From positions 4,512,001 through 4,576,000 of the forward strand of contig OY762209.1 of NCBI GenBank assembly GCA_963665295.1: a stretch of DNA of 64,000 nt. The letters are read 5' to 3'. The notes beneath the pieces were generated by a model. The model worked only from the letters and a program-made list of their open reading frames with translations. It did no database searches and was not told the DNA's origin. Position numbers and translations under genes: made by a program. Source of the DNA: Syntrophorhabdaceae bacterium. Its GTDB lineage: Bacteria; Desulfobacterota; Syntrophorhabdia; Syntrophorhabdales; Syntrophorhabdaceae. This document shows, one piece after another, positions 48,506-58,803 of the stretch; position 1 is the first letter of the stretch; every line of letters starts with the position of its first letter.

Positions 48506-48634
48506 CTTTACAATATCAGGTGATCTGTTGTCAATCAAAATGTGTGAATGGTTGACAGCCTCCCGGAAGACGTTTCCTCGGCCATGGGGGCCGGTTCGGA
48601 GCCGGCAAACAGAACTGGTTGAGATTACAAACTC

Positions 48635-50020
48635 TTAGGATGATATGGGGTTTGCATATACCGCAATTCGCCGGGTTGTCTCTCCGGTCGCTTTATACCG
48701 GTCGTCGATCCTGTGACCGATTACCCATATAATATCGTTGCCTGACATGAGCAACGGGATGTGTCTCCTTTCTTCTCTCGGTATCTTGCGGGAGATAAAA
48801 AAATCCTTCAACTTTACCGACGCCCTCATGCCGAGGGGGACGAATCTGTCCCCTTCACGAAAAATCCTCACGCTGAGTGTCCCGATCTTCTCTTCGTCAA
48901 AAAAGGCCGAGTCGGGACCCGGGGCGAGTGCCGGACCATCACACGCGCCCGGCGACGACACTACCTGGAGATTCAGACAAAATTCCTCCAGCCTGTTCGT
49001 TCCCCGGGAAACAGGGAAGGTCTCCAGGGAAGGAGCACGAGGGGATTTCTCCGTGACTGTAAGGATCCCATAGGTTTTCCTGATTCTCAGGCCATGGGGC
49101 AGCGCCGTGGACAAATTCGGCCTCGCCCCTCCTATCACATTGTCGATCTGGCGCATATGCTCCCTGAGCGGAATAAATCCCGGCTCCACGCGGCCGAGGA
49201 TGCCGGCCATCACCCTGAAGCGCGTCTCGTCATCGAGAACCTTCAGTTCTTTGACAGGAAGAGATGCATCACCCCTTTCCCACTTCACGAAAGCGCCCGC
49301 AAAATCCTCCGCTTTGGCATCGAATACCCGGTTTACCGCCGTAAGGTCCTTAAGGAGCAGTAATATCTTCTCCCTGAAGGCGGGGTTCAGCTTCTCCATC
49401 CATGGGGTTATCTGTTTTCTGATAAAATTTCTCTCGTACACTATCTTTTCATTGGACGAGTCATTTACGAAGGGAATGGACTGAATGCGCGCATGTTCCT
49501 CTATGTCGGTTCTCCTGACGCCGAGAAAGGGCCTCACAATGTTATCCCTCTTTACGGGGATTGCCGACAGCCCCCTCATGCCTGTACCCTTCAACATGCG
49601 CAGGATAAAGGTTTCCACCTGGTCATCGAGGATATGGGCAACCCCTATTTTCTGGAAGCCATGGCGGGTTGCGGTCTCCCTGAAAAACCCGTACCTCACA
49701 TCCCTGCCCGCGTGTTGCAAAGATTTACCCGAATCACGGGCCTCTTTTCTCACGTCCACCCTTGCAACATAACAGGGCAAGGCAAAGGTCCGGCCCAGGC
49801 TCCTCACAAACTCCTCGTCTCTCTCGGACTCTTCGCCTCTCAGAAGGTGATTGATATGGGCTATGCCCACGTCGAAGGAAAGCGCGGTCCTGAGATCACA
49901 CAGCACGTGGAGCAGCACCGTTGAGTCTATCCCGCCCGACAGGCCGAGCAGTATCCTCTCGGACGGCTCGATCAGCCTTTCCTGCTCTATGACGTCCCTG
50001 ATCCTGGAAACGAAATTCAT
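48635..50020 (-). CDS. tilS: tRNA(Ile)-lysidine synthetase
   Basis: SGGIDS, NHLLRG, DDQVET, VRPFL, DSSN, RN.IR, C-terminal KLKDFF..KIP. Confidence 0.95.
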   Translation of the reverse strand: MNFVSRIRDVIEQERLIEPSERILLGLSGGIDSTVLLHVLCDLRTALSFDVGIAHINHLLRGEESERDEEFVRSLGRTFALPCYVARVDVRKEARDSGKSLQHAGRDVRYGFFRETATRHGFQKIGVAHILDDQVETFILRMLKGTGMRGLSAIPVKRDNIVRPFLGVRRTDIEEHARIQSIPFVNDSSNEKIVYERNFIRKQITPWMEKLNPAFREKILLLLKDLTAVNRVFDAKAEDFAGAFVKWERGDASLPVKELKVLDDETRFRVMAGILGRVEPGFIPLREHMRQIDNVIGGARPNLSTALPHGLRIRKTYGILTVTEKSPRAPSLETFPVSRGTNRLEEFCLNLQVVSSPGACDGPALAPGPDSAFFDEEKIGTLSVRIFREGDRFVPLGMRASVKLKDFFISRKIPREERRHIPLLMSGNDIIWVIGHRIDDRYKATGETTRRIAVYANPISS

Positions 50021-50093
50021 GGGAAAAACACGAGGCCGGCGGATATGACGGAAGCGGTCTCCATCCGTCCCTACCTTGACCGTAAGGCTTTCA

Positions 50094-50315
50094 TTATGAA
50101 CAGGACGAACAATTCGACGAACCGCAACCGGCGCAGCCAGACCCGGAGCTCGGTCCGGACGATTTTGATTTGTATCCCGTGGAAAACCCGAAGGTGGACA
50201 TCTTTCTTGTGGGCTCCTTATCTCCGCAAGCCGGACACTCCGGCGTATCGTCCCTGAACACGATGAGCTCGAATTCATTCCCACATTTTTCGCATCTATA
50301 CTCATATATGGGCAT
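50094..50315 (-). CDS. FmdB family zinc-ribbon protein
   Basis: MPIYEYRCEKCG..FE..CPACG; Cys-rich tail; GGGAGG SD. Confidence 0.9.
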   Translation of the reverse strand: MPIYEYRCEKCGNEFELIVFRDDTPECPACGDKEPTRKMSTFGFSTGYKSKSSGPSSGSGCAGCGSSNCSSCS

Positions 50316-51213
50316 TATTACCCTCCCTGCGTTTGCGCACTACCTTCATCTCCTTTGAAAGATCCTGTATCAGGTCGTTCAATGATTCCCTGTAATTCGC
50401 CCCGTCACTGTCGCCGACCGCCGCGAGCGCCTTCTCGGCATACTCCTCGGCTCTGGACAGGCGGTTCTTGAAATAGAAATAATAGGCAGACGTGTAGAGA
50501 TACAGGAATAGGGCCAATTTGTTGTTACCGTCGAGACGGCCTACCCTCTGAAACAACGTCCGGGCGAGACTGTAATACTCGCTTTCGAGATAACTCTGGG
50601 CCGCCTTGAACATGAGCAATGACCGCCCGTCCCTGTACATATCCGCCAGAAGCCCGTCAAGCCCCTTTTTCCCGAATATCCGCACAAGGGTCTTCTCGTT
50701 CTCGAAAATAAACCGGGGAATAAGATAATTGGTCTTATAGAGCTTTATGAGGTCTTTCAATTGTTCCGCAAGCTCTCCGGACAGGATCTTTATCTCCCTC
50801 AAACCCTCATTCATTCTCTTTTCGGCTTTGTTGATCAGGACACCGATCTCATGGACAATCTTCTTTTCAAGGCTGGTAAGCTCGTGAGAGCCCAGATCGT
50901 GCTTGGGTTTGTAATACTCTATCTGATAAAGGTTCTCTCTCAGCTTCATGCCTTCATGAAAGATATACCCTACCGTTATGTCATAAAGCTTCTCCTTGTA
51001 ACTCGCGTCGCTGGAGCTTCTAAAAAGGTCGTGACACATCTCTTTCAGCCTGAAAAGGCAGCTCTTGCCCCTGTCATCGACAAAGTCCTCGATATTCGCG
51101 AAACACAGTTCCCTTGCCCTGAAAAGGTCGCGGCATTCCTCACATTTCAAAAATACGCAGATAGACTCCTTGATGAGGTCAATCTGTCGTTTCTCTAAGT
51201 TTGTTCTGTTCAT
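50302..51213 (-). CDS. Hypothetical helical protein with TPR-like C-terminus
   Basis: 303-aa ORF overlapping ftsH and fmdB in an operon-like arrangement; GGAG SD. Confidence 0.78.
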   Translation of the reverse strand: MNRTNLEKRQIDLIKESICVFLKCEECRDLFRARELCFANIEDFVDDRGKSCLFRLKEMCHDLFRSSSDASYKEKLYDITVGYIFHEGMKLRENLYQIEYYKPKHDLGSHELTSLEKKIVHEIGVLINKAEKRMNEGLREIKILSGELAEQLKDLIKLYKTNYLIPRFIFENEKTLVRIFGKKGLDGLLADMYRDGRSLLMFKAAQSYLESEYYSLARTLFQRVGRLDGNNKLALFLYLYTSAYYFYFKNRLSRAEEYAEKALAAVGDSDGANYRESLNDLIQDLSKEMKVVRKRREGNNAHI

Positions 51214-53110
51214 TCTCTCCTTCGTGTCCCTTTATCAATTGTCTCAGTTCTTCGCCCTCTATGGTCTCCTTTTCAAGAAGCACCCTCGCCACCTTCACCA
51301 GAAGCTCCTTCTTCTCGCTCAACATGCCCTTCACCTTCCGGTAGCAATCTTCCACGATCTTTCTCACTTCGTTGTCTATTTCCCGGGCGGTCGCCTCACT
51401 GTAATCATGCGAACCGGCGCCGGGGGAGATATCCAGGAACAGGGGTTTTCGCTCCGGCTCGAAAGTAACATGTCCGAGGTTCTCGCTCATGGCATATTCC
51501 TTTACCATTGATTTCGCGATATCGGTGGCACGGACAAGGTCGTTCTGTGCCCCGGTGGATACCTCTCCATAGACCGTTTCCTCCGCAACCCTGCCTCCAA
51601 GAAGTACGCACAGCCTGTCGACAAGCTCCCTTCTGGTCATGAGGTACCTGTCTTCAGTGGGAAGCTGAAGTGTGTATCCCAGGGCGGTTATGCCCCGCGG
51701 TATTATCGAAATCTTATGCACCGGATCGGTCGTATCAAGCAACTCCGCCATCAGGGCATGCCCGGTCTCGTGATGGGCGACGATCTCTTTTTCCTTCTTG
51801 CTCATCACGCGTTGTTTCTTCTCGAGGCCTGCGACTACCCTGTCGATGGATTCCTCGAACTCCGGCATTCCCACCGCTGATTTTCCCTTCCTTGCTGCAA
51901 GAAGGGCGGCTTCGTTCACAAGGTTGGCGAGGTCCGCTCCCACAAATCCGGGCGTCCTTGCCGCCACGACCTTGAGGTCTACGTCTTTTCCGAGTTTCAC
52001 ATCTCTTATGTGAACCCTCAGTATCTCTTCCCTGCCTTTGATGTCAGGCCTGTCAACAAGGATATGTCTGTCGAACCTGCCGGGCCGCAGCAAGGCGGGG
52101 TCAAGAATCTCGGGCCTGTTCGTAGCGCCCATGATGATCACGCCTGCCTTCGTGTCGAACCCGTCCATCTCGGCAAGCAGTTGGTTCAAGGTCTGTTCTC
52201 TTTCATCGTGAGATGAAAGGGGATTCATGCCCCGGGCTTTCCCGAGGGCGTCAAGCTCATCGATGAAGATGATGCACGGCGCCTTTTCCTGCGCCTGGGC
52301 AAAAAGGTCTCTTACTCTCGACGCGCCCACCCCCACAAACATCTCGACAAAGTCCGAGCCGCTCATGCTGAAAAAGGGCACCTTCGCCTCTCCCGCCACT
52401 GCCTTTGCAAGAAGCGTCTTTCCTGTCCCGGGCGGACCCACAAGAAGTATGCCTTTAGGTATCTTCCCTCCAAGGTTGGTAAATTTCTGTGGAGTCTGCA
52501 GGAATTCGATGATCTCCTCAAGCTCCTGTTTGGCTTCATCCACACCCGCCACATCGCCGAAGGTAATCTTTATCTCGTCCTCACCGTAAATCCTTCCCCT
52601 GCTCTTTCCAAAATTGAGCACGCTCGAAGGCGCGCCTCCCCCCATCTTCCTCATAAGGAGGTTCCAGATCAGTATCATGATGGCAAAGGGCAGGACCCAG
52701 GAGATGATGCCTTTAAGTATCTTGTTTTCGTAAAAACCCGCGTACTTGATGCCGTATTTCTGCAGGTCCCTCACCAGGTCCGGGTCATCCACCCTGCTCG
52801 TGAGAAACCGTGTCTTCTTTCCGTCCTCAAGAGTGAGATCGCCCTGCACCGTTTCGGAATCTATGACCGCGTCGCTTATCTTGCCTTTGCCGATAAGGTC
52901 CTTGAACTCACTATAGGGGATGGTCTTTACTTCGCTCTTAAAAAAGTAGCTGTTAATGGCTATGATACCCACGAGGGCGATAATGAAATAGATAAATGTG
53001 AAGTTCCGGGCACCCGAGCTCGGGCTCTTCATTTTGGCCTTGTCTTTGATTTCAAGGAAGATGTTGGTTTGCTTTTTCTTGCGCCTTGGTTTCCTTTTAT
53101 TCGTCGGCAT
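51179..53110 (-). CDS. ftsH: ATP-dependent zinc metalloprotease FtsH (start probably 53110)
   Basis: Two TM helices, [37 protein letters not shown]. Confidence 0.95.
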   Translation of the reverse strand: MPTNKRKPRRKKKQTNIFLEIKDKAKMKSPSSGARNFTFIYFIIALVGIIAINSYFFKSEVKTIPYSEFKDLIGKGKISDAVIDSETVQGDLTLEDGKKTRFLTSRVDDPDLVRDLQKYGIKYAGFYENKILKGIISWVLPFAIMILIWNLLMRKMGGGAPSSVLNFGKSRGRIYGEDEIKITFGDVAGVDEAKQELEEIIEFLQTPQKFTNLGGKIPKGILLVGPPGTGKTLLAKAVAGEAKVPFFSMSGSDFVEMFVGVGASRVRDLFAQAQEKAPCIIFIDELDALGKARGMNPLSSHDEREQTLNQLLAEMDGFDTKAGVIIMGATNRPEILDPALLRPGRFDRHILVDRPDIKGREEILRVHIRDVKLGKDVDLKVVAARTPGFVGADLANLVNEAALLAARKGKSAVGMPEFEESIDRVVAGLEKKQRVMSKKEKEIVAHHETGHALMAELLDTTDPVHKISIIPRGITALGYTLQLPTEDRYLMTRRELVDRLCVLLGGRVAEETVYGEVSTGAQNDLVRATDIAKSMVKEYAMSENLGHVTFEPERKPLFLDISPGAGSHDYSEATAREIDNEVRKIVEDCYRKVKGMLSEKKELLVKVARVLLEKETIEGEELRQLIKGHEGENEQNKLRETTD

Positions 53111-53310
53111 GGTAAATTTTAACAGAAAACTACCCGTTTTGAAAGACGTTTTTCTTGCACGGCCCCGCCGTGGGCAAGGGACAAACCGAACGTAAACCCT
53201 TTGACGCCTGCTTTTGAAGAGATGATCCGCCCCCTGGGACGCCGTGTCCATGAAGCCCGACAGGGCGAGGGCGTGACGACACGCCCTGAAAAACCCGGAA
53301 AGGCCGGCTA

Positions 53311-54933
53311 TTAGAGGTCTAAGACTTTAGCCTCGATCATGCCGTCTATGGCCTTGATATCGCTGAGAACTTCGCTCATTATGGGATTATCCACAGAGAC
53401 AAAGGCGACTTCCTCGCCGCTGATAGGCCGCGACACCCCAAGTCCCGCGATGTTTATGTCGTACTTTCCAAGTATGGTGCCGACCTTCCCTATGATACCA
53501 GGTCTATCGGCAATCCTGAACTGGAGGAAAGTCCCCTCGGGCACGATGTCCAAGTGGAAGCCGTTCATAAGCACTATCCGCCCCAGTTTGTCCGCAAACA
53601 CGGTTCCCGCGATGCTGACCTCCTCCGCGTCCGTCTTGAGCATAAAAAGGATCAGGTCATTGAATTTGTCGAACTGCTCGGTCTTGGCCTCTATCACTAC
53701 GATACCCCGGTCTTTGGCAAGGTAAGGTGCATTGATGAAAGTAACCGACTCCTTGAGGCTCACATCGAGAAACCCTTTGAGGGCCCCTATGGTGAAGGGT
53801 TGATAGCTGAAGGGCACATCGAATTTCCTCTCGCAGAGGTCCTCTTCGAAGTTCTTGCCCACCATCACGATCTTGATCTCCTCCGGCCTGCCCTTGGCAA
53901 CCTGGGCGGCAAGCTTTCCCATCTTTTCCACGAGGCTGAAATAGAGCTGAACATGCTCGGGCAGGAGCGACTGCATGAACGGGATGTTTACCCCGTTAAG
54001 GTACGGCCTTCCATGGAGAGCGTTTACTACCTGTTCCGCTATGATGACGGAGACTGCCTTCTGCCCTTCCTTCGTATTGGCCCCTATGTGCGGGGTGGCG
54101 ATCACGTTTTCAAGCTCAAGGAGCTTGCTGCCGTGGGGAGGCTCTTTTTCGAATACATCGATCCCCGCGGCAAGTATTTTACCTGAATTTAGCCCCTCAT
54201 AGAGGTCGTTCTCGTTTACAATCCCGCCCCTCGCACAATTGACCAGGATAACGTTGTCCTTCATCAGGGCAATTTCTCTCGCGGTAATCATGTTCCTGGT
54301 AAGGGACGTAAGGGGCGTGTGAAAAGTTATGACATCCACTTGTTTCAGCAGGTCGGCAAGGTTGTCGCAGAGTGCGACGCCTATACAGTCCGCCTTGCCT
54401 TTCTTTATGAAGGGGTCGTATGCGACAACTTTCATACCGAAGCTTTTCGCCCTTGTCGCCACGTTGGTTCCGATCCGACCCAGACCGACAACGCCGAGAA
54501 CCTTGTTGTGGAGCTCCACTCCCATGAACTTCTTTCTGTCCCACTTGCCCGCTTTCAGGGAATCATTGGCAAGGGCTATCTTGCGTGCCGCGGCAAGCAT
54601 GACCCCCATGGTGAGTTCCGTGGCGGCGAGGGTGTTGCCCGTAGGCGCATTCATCACGATAATGCCCTTTTTACTTGCTGCTTCGATATTTATGTTATCC
54701 ACCCCGACTCCGGCGCGTCCGATAATCCGTAATTTTCCCGGGTTTTCAATGAGGTCCGCAGTAACTGTCGTACCGCTTCTCGTTACTATCGCGTCATAAT
54801 CCCCGATTATCTTTTTCAGATCGTCATTCTTGATTCCGACCTTGACGTCAACGTCTATTTCTCCGTCTCTCTCCAGGATATTGACCCCTTCCTGGGCGAT
54901 ATTATCAGTAACGAGTACTCTGAACTGTTTCAT
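53311..54933 (-). CDS. serA: D-3-phosphoglycerate dehydrogenase (type I, with ASB/ACT domains)
   Basis: RAGVGVDNI, GLGRIG, NCARGG, TPHIGA, DRPGIIG ACT domain. Confidence 0.95.
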   Translation of the reverse strand: MKQFRVLVTDNIAQEGVNILERDGEIDVDVKVGIKNDDLKKIIGDYDAIVTRSGTTVTADLIENPGKLRIIGRAGVGVDNINIEAASKKGIIVMNAPTGNTLAATELTMGVMLAAARKIALANDSLKAGKWDRKKFMGVELHNKVLGVVGLGRIGTNVATRAKSFGMKVVAYDPFIKKGKADCIGVALCDNLADLLKQVDVITFHTPLTSLTRNMITAREIALMKDNVILVNCARGGIVNENDLYEGLNSGKILAAGIDVFEKEPPHGSKLLELENVIATPHIGANTKEGQKAVSVIIAEQVVNALHGRPYLNGVNIPFMQSLLPEHVQLYFSLVEKMGKLAAQVAKGRPEEIKIVMVGKNFEEDLCERKFDVPFSYQPFTIGALKGFLDVSLKESVTFINAPYLAKDRGIVVIEAKTEQFDKFNDLILFMLKTDAEEVSIAGTVFADKLGRIVLMNGFHLDIVPEGTFLQFRIADRPGIIGKVGTILGKYDINIAGLGVSRPISGEEVAFVSVDNPIMSEVLSDIKAIDGMIEAKVLDL

Positions 54934-55117
54934 GGCTTTCCCTCTTTTCGTTGGTCTGAAATATTCAAAATATGCGTGAATATCTTTACTTCAGAAGAAT
55001 TTATAACAAAGATACCACGCAGGGTACTTAAAATCAACATTATCCTTATGTTCCGGGGAAGTGTCGTTTTTTCCCTTGACACCCGGAGGACCGTCCTTCT
55101 ATAGTTTTTCACAGGTT

Positions 55118-56830
55118 ATGAAAACAGACGATCCCCATACCCGATTCATTCCGCCCAGACGCTGGACTTCCCATAGCCGATACCTTCTGCTGGGCCTCGC
55201 CGTGGTGAGTGCCGCCCTTTTCCTTTCCGGTCTCTCCATAAGGGTCCTTTGGGGCTCCGAAGGACGATGGGCGGTTGTGGTGAGGGAGATGATCTCCTCC
55301 GGCAACTACTTCCTTCCCACCATTAACGGGGAAATATACTTTGATAAACCCCTGCTGAGCTACTGGCTCATCGCCCCCTTCGCCCTCGCGGGGGGAATGA
55401 GCGAAGGGGCTGCGCGTATGCCGAGTGCCCTCGCGGGTATAGGATGCGTTCTCCTTATCTTCACGATGGGAAGGAGACTCTTCGGTGAAAGGGCAGGCCT
55501 GGTTTCGGCGGGATTCCTTCTCACTACTGTCATGTTCATATTCTGGAGCAGGACCGCCTCTGCGGAAATCCTCAACGTGCTGAGCGTCTGGCTCATGCTC
55601 TGGGCGTTCATTACCGGGGGAATCGATGGGCAACTCAAAAAGCTCATTTTCTTATACGCCCTCGCTGCAACATCTGCCTTTTTGAAAGGACCCGTGGCGC
55701 CTGCCGTCGGTTTTTCCGCCATAGGGTTTTACAGCCTCGTAAGGTGCGTGACGGACCTTCGTACGGGCAGGCCTTCCAGGGAGACCGTAAAAAAGGCGTT
55801 CTTCTCCCATTTCAAATGGGTGGCGTCAGGGCCGGGGCTTCTTTCCATCGGCGTCGCCTTCCTCGTCTTTGCAGCTCTCTTCCTTATGCCCGTAATGGCC
55901 ACGGGCTCATGGCAGTCGGCGGAACTCATGTGGAGAGAGAACGTGCTCCGCTTCGTCAAGCCTTTCGACCATGTCGAACCCCCCTATGCGTACCTCAAGC
56001 ATACCCTGGTCTTCTTCGCCCCCTGGTCCCTGATACTGCTCGGTTCCCTATGGGCAGCGAGGACGTGGCCCGCCAACTGGGCACACCGGTGGACGTTGCT
56101 CATGGGTCTTGCCATATTCCTGTTCTTTACCGCCTCCGGCTCCAGAAGAAGTTACTATATCCTCCCCCTCGTGCCGGCCCTTGCCCTCATCGCAGGCAAG
56201 GCCCTGTCCGACTGGCTCGCGAAGCCGGGCGCAGGCGGCGGCCGAAGCCTGAAGGTCGCAATTCACCTGACCGCCACACTGCCCGGTCTTGCGGGCATCG
56301 CGCTGGTCTCGTCCTATTTCATCAGGGACCTTCCTCATCACCCGGTCCAGATCCTTCTCGGCGTCATCTCCATAGCCGGGAGCATCATCGCCAACATGCT
56401 TCTCCTCAGAGGAAGTAGACAGTCCGGGGCGCTCCTCGTCTTTTCCCTTGTCTTCGTCTTGGAGGTCTGGGGCTTTACAGGCGGCATGGCCGCAATGGAG
56501 GAGATGCGCTCGTTCCGGTCCTTCTGCAGGGAGGCGGTGGTGCAACTCCAGGGTGTAGAGGACGGCAAGATCGCCCTCCTCCCCGGCGGAGACTCATCGC
56601 TCGTTTTCTACCTGGACAGAGGGCCTTTGAAGACCCTGGCCGACCCCCGCGAGGCCGCCCTGTTCTGGAGGGAACACCCCGACGGCGTGGTGATCGCCGA
56701 ATCATCTTCTTTGGAGCGGCTCTCGGCGGACCCCGCGTTCAGGAATACCGTCGCGACCCTTGTCCAGACCAAGGGTCCGCGGGAAAAGAACGGCAATCGG
56801 CTGGCGATCTTCAGGCTCCGACCGCAATAG
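55118..56830 (+). CDS. ArnT/GT83-like integral membrane glycosyltransferase
   Basis: EGRW..REM..GNY..P, DKPLLSYW, ARMPSA, LKGP, YYILP. Confidence 0.88.
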   Translation: MKTDDPHTRFIPPRRWTSHSRYLLLGLAVVSAALFLSGLSIRVLWGSEGRWAVVVREMISSGNYFLPTINGEIYFDKPLLSYWLIAPFALAGGMSEGAARMPSALAGIGCVLLIFTMGRRLFGERAGLVSAGFLLTTVMFIFWSRTASAEILNVLSVWLMLWAFITGGIDGQLKKLIFLYALAATSAFLKGPVAPAVGFSAIGFYSLVRCVTDLRTGRPSRETVKKAFFSHFKWVASGPGLLSIGVAFLVFAALFLMPVMATGSWQSAELMWRENVLRFVKPFDHVEPPYAYLKHTLVFFAPWSLILLGSLWAARTWPANWAHRWTLLMGLAIFLFFTASGSRRSYYILPLVPALALIAGKALSDWLAKPGAGGGRSLKVAIHLTATLPGLAGIALVSSYFIRDLPHHPVQILLGVISIAGSIIANMLLLRGSRQSGALLVFSLVFVLEVWGFTGGMAAMEEMRSFRSFCREAVVQLQGVEDGKIALLPGGDSSLVFYLDRGPLKTLADPREAALFWREHPDGVVIAESSSLERLSADPAFRNTVATLVQTKGPREKNGNRLAIFRLRPQ

Positions 56831-56889
56831 ACCTCAAAGGTAACGATTTTACTTGATTTTTGAGCCAATATTCATTTAACTATCCTGTT

Positions 56890-57105
56890 ATGGATAACAG
56901 TAATAAGATCATATCCGCTACCCTGGCGGACATCTATCTTGAACAAGGCTGCCTTGACAAAGCTATAGAGATATACGAAAAGCTTGTTCGAAAAGAGCCC
57001 AATAACAGCTTCTACAAACAGCGGCTTTCATCACTCAAAAAAGACCTCAAGGAAAAGCAAAAAGGTCCTTCCTTCAAAAGACTTCTGAAAAAGAAACTGT
57101 GGTAA
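56890..57105 (+). CDS. Small TPR-containing protein
   Basis: SATLADIYLEQG..DKAIEIYEKL..EP.N. Confidence 0.8.
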   Translation: MDNSNKIISATLADIYLEQGCLDKAIEIYEKLVRKEPNNSFYKQRLSSLKKDLKEKQKGPSFKRLLKKKLW

Positions 57106-57110
57106 ATACA

Positions 57111-58184
57111 ATGAGAGAAAAGAGAATAGCCGGAGTTGTGGAAATAATCAGGGAAATGGGGCTCGACGCCTGCATTCTGAAGGGTATGGACAACATATTC
57201 TACCTGACCGGGTTCAGGGGTTCCGAAGGCTCCCTTGTGGTTACCCGCGGAGACGTGCTGCTCCTCACCGACTCCAGGTATGTGACCCATGCCCTGGAGG
57301 TGGCACGGGGTATAAGGGTCCTTGAAGTGAGCCGGAAAGTAAATACCCTTTCGGAAATATGCGAAAGATACGGTATCCGCAAGATGGGATTCGACAGCGT
57401 CCACACTACCTACGACATGTATGCGAAATGGAAGGAAAATCTCAAGGACGTCGACATTGTACCGCTCACGAACAAAATCGAGAACATAAGAAGTATCAAG
57501 GAGCCGGCTGAGATTCAGGCAATTAAAAAGGCGATCCGCATCGCAACGGATGCATTCAACGAAATCTTCGATACGATACGCCCGGGGAAGACCGAGAAAG
57601 AGATTGCAAATGACCTCGATTCCTCCATGAGGCGTCATGGGGCCGACTGTCCTTCCTTCAGCACCATTGTGGCGTCCGGTCCAAGGGCTGCGCTGCCCCA
57701 CGCCGAACCCTCCGACAAGAAGATTCAGGAAGGCGAGGTGGTAATCATCGACTTCGGCGCCCAGGTTGACGGCTATTGCAGCGATGAAACGTGCTCCATC
57801 GCCATGGGGGACGTAAATGACAAGATCCACGAAATTTTCACTATCGTAAAAGATGCGAAGGATCTGGGCCTCGCCCGCATCAGGGTGGGGATGCCCGTGC
57901 AGGAGCTTGATATGATAGTGAGAGGTTTCATCGAGGAAAAGGGCTATGGCGATTTCTTCCGGCACGGCGTAGGGCACGGGGTGGGAGTGGCGGTTCACGA
58001 AGCGCCTTCCGTCACCACGGCGTCGGAGGGACTCATCGAACCGAACATGATCTTCACCGTCGAACCCGGTATATATATACCTCATTTAGGTGGCGTAAGA
58101 CTCGAGGATATGGTACTTATAGAAGAGAATAGGACAACCGTTCTCACTCACATACGAAAAGATATGCTTAACATCGCAGTGTAG
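57111..58184 (+). CDS. Xaa-Pro aminopeptidase (M24B)
   Basis: YLTGF, TDSRY, PHA, DFG..YCSD, HGVGHGVG..VHE, EPGIY, RLED. Confidence 0.93.
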   Translation: MREKRIAGVVEIIREMGLDACILKGMDNIFYLTGFRGSEGSLVVTRGDVLLLTDSRYVTHALEVARGIRVLEVSRKVNTLSEICERYGIRKMGFDSVHTTYDMYAKWKENLKDVDIVPLTNKIENIRSIKEPAEIQAIKKAIRIATDAFNEIFDTIRPGKTEKEIANDLDSSMRRHGADCPSFSTIVASGPRAALPHAEPSDKKIQEGEVVIIDFGAQVDGYCSDETCSIAMGDVNDKIHEIFTIVKDAKDLGLARIRVGMPVQELDMIVRGFIEEKGYGDFFRHGVGHGVGVAVHEAPSVTTASEGLIEPNMIFTVEPGIYIPHLGGVRLEDMVLIEENRTTVLTHIRKDMLNIAV

Positions 58185-58231
58185 AAGGCGCTCGGACCGC
58201 TATTCAGTCATATTTTATTGAGGAGGAAGTA

Positions 58232-58795
58232 ATGATAGTTTCCACATCGGAGTTTAGAAAAGGCTTGAGGATACTCGTGGACAACGAACCCTTTGTAATA
58301 GTCGAGTTCCAGCATGTCAAGCCCGGCAAGGGAGGAGCATTCGTGAGAACGCGGCTCAAAAGCCTTGTAAGCGGCAATGTCCTTGACCGGACCTACCGGT
58401 CAGGCGACAAGGCGGAAGTCCCGGAGCTTGAAGAAAGAGACATGCAGTACCTTTACAAAGAAGGGGACCATTATTTCTTCATGGACCAGAACACCTACGA
58501 TCAATTGTTCATCGTTGAAGACCAGTTGGGAGATGCAAAAAACTATCTCAAAGACGGTCTGGTCATACAGGTGCTCATTTATCAGGGAAAAACCATAGGT
58601 GTGGAAGTGCCTAATTTCGTCAACCTCGTCATTGCACAGACAGAACCGGGCATCAGGGGCGACACAGCCCAGAACGCCTCAAAACCCGCTTTACTTGAGA
58701 CGGGTTACACCATTCAGGTACCCCTTTTCGTCGAGCAGGGCGAAATGGTAAGGATTGACACAAGGACCGGTCAATACCTGGAAAGGGTCAAGTAG
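58232..58795 (+). CDS. efp: Elongation factor P
   Basis: HVKPGKGGAFVR, RGDT, VPLF, DTRTG.Y. Confidence 0.97.
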   Translation: MIVSTSEFRKGLRILVDNEPFVIVEFQHVKPGKGGAFVRTRLKSLVSGNVLDRTYRSGDKAEVPELEERDMQYLYKEGDHYFFMDQNTYDQLFIVEDQLGDAKNYLKDGLVIQVLIYQGKTIGVEVPNFVNLVIAQTEPGIRGDTAQNASKPALLETGYTIQVPLFVEQGEMVRIDTRTGQYLERVK

Positions 58796-58803
58796 GAGCG
58801 CGT

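Noticed and set aside
50021..50305. N-terminal extension of tilS in the ORF track
   Set aside because: Overlaps the FmdB gene in another frame; TilS similarity begins at ATG 50020.
53111..53251. N-terminal extension of ftsH in the ORF track
   Set aside because: Contains the promoter-like TGtTAAAAT and has no FtsH-like sequence.
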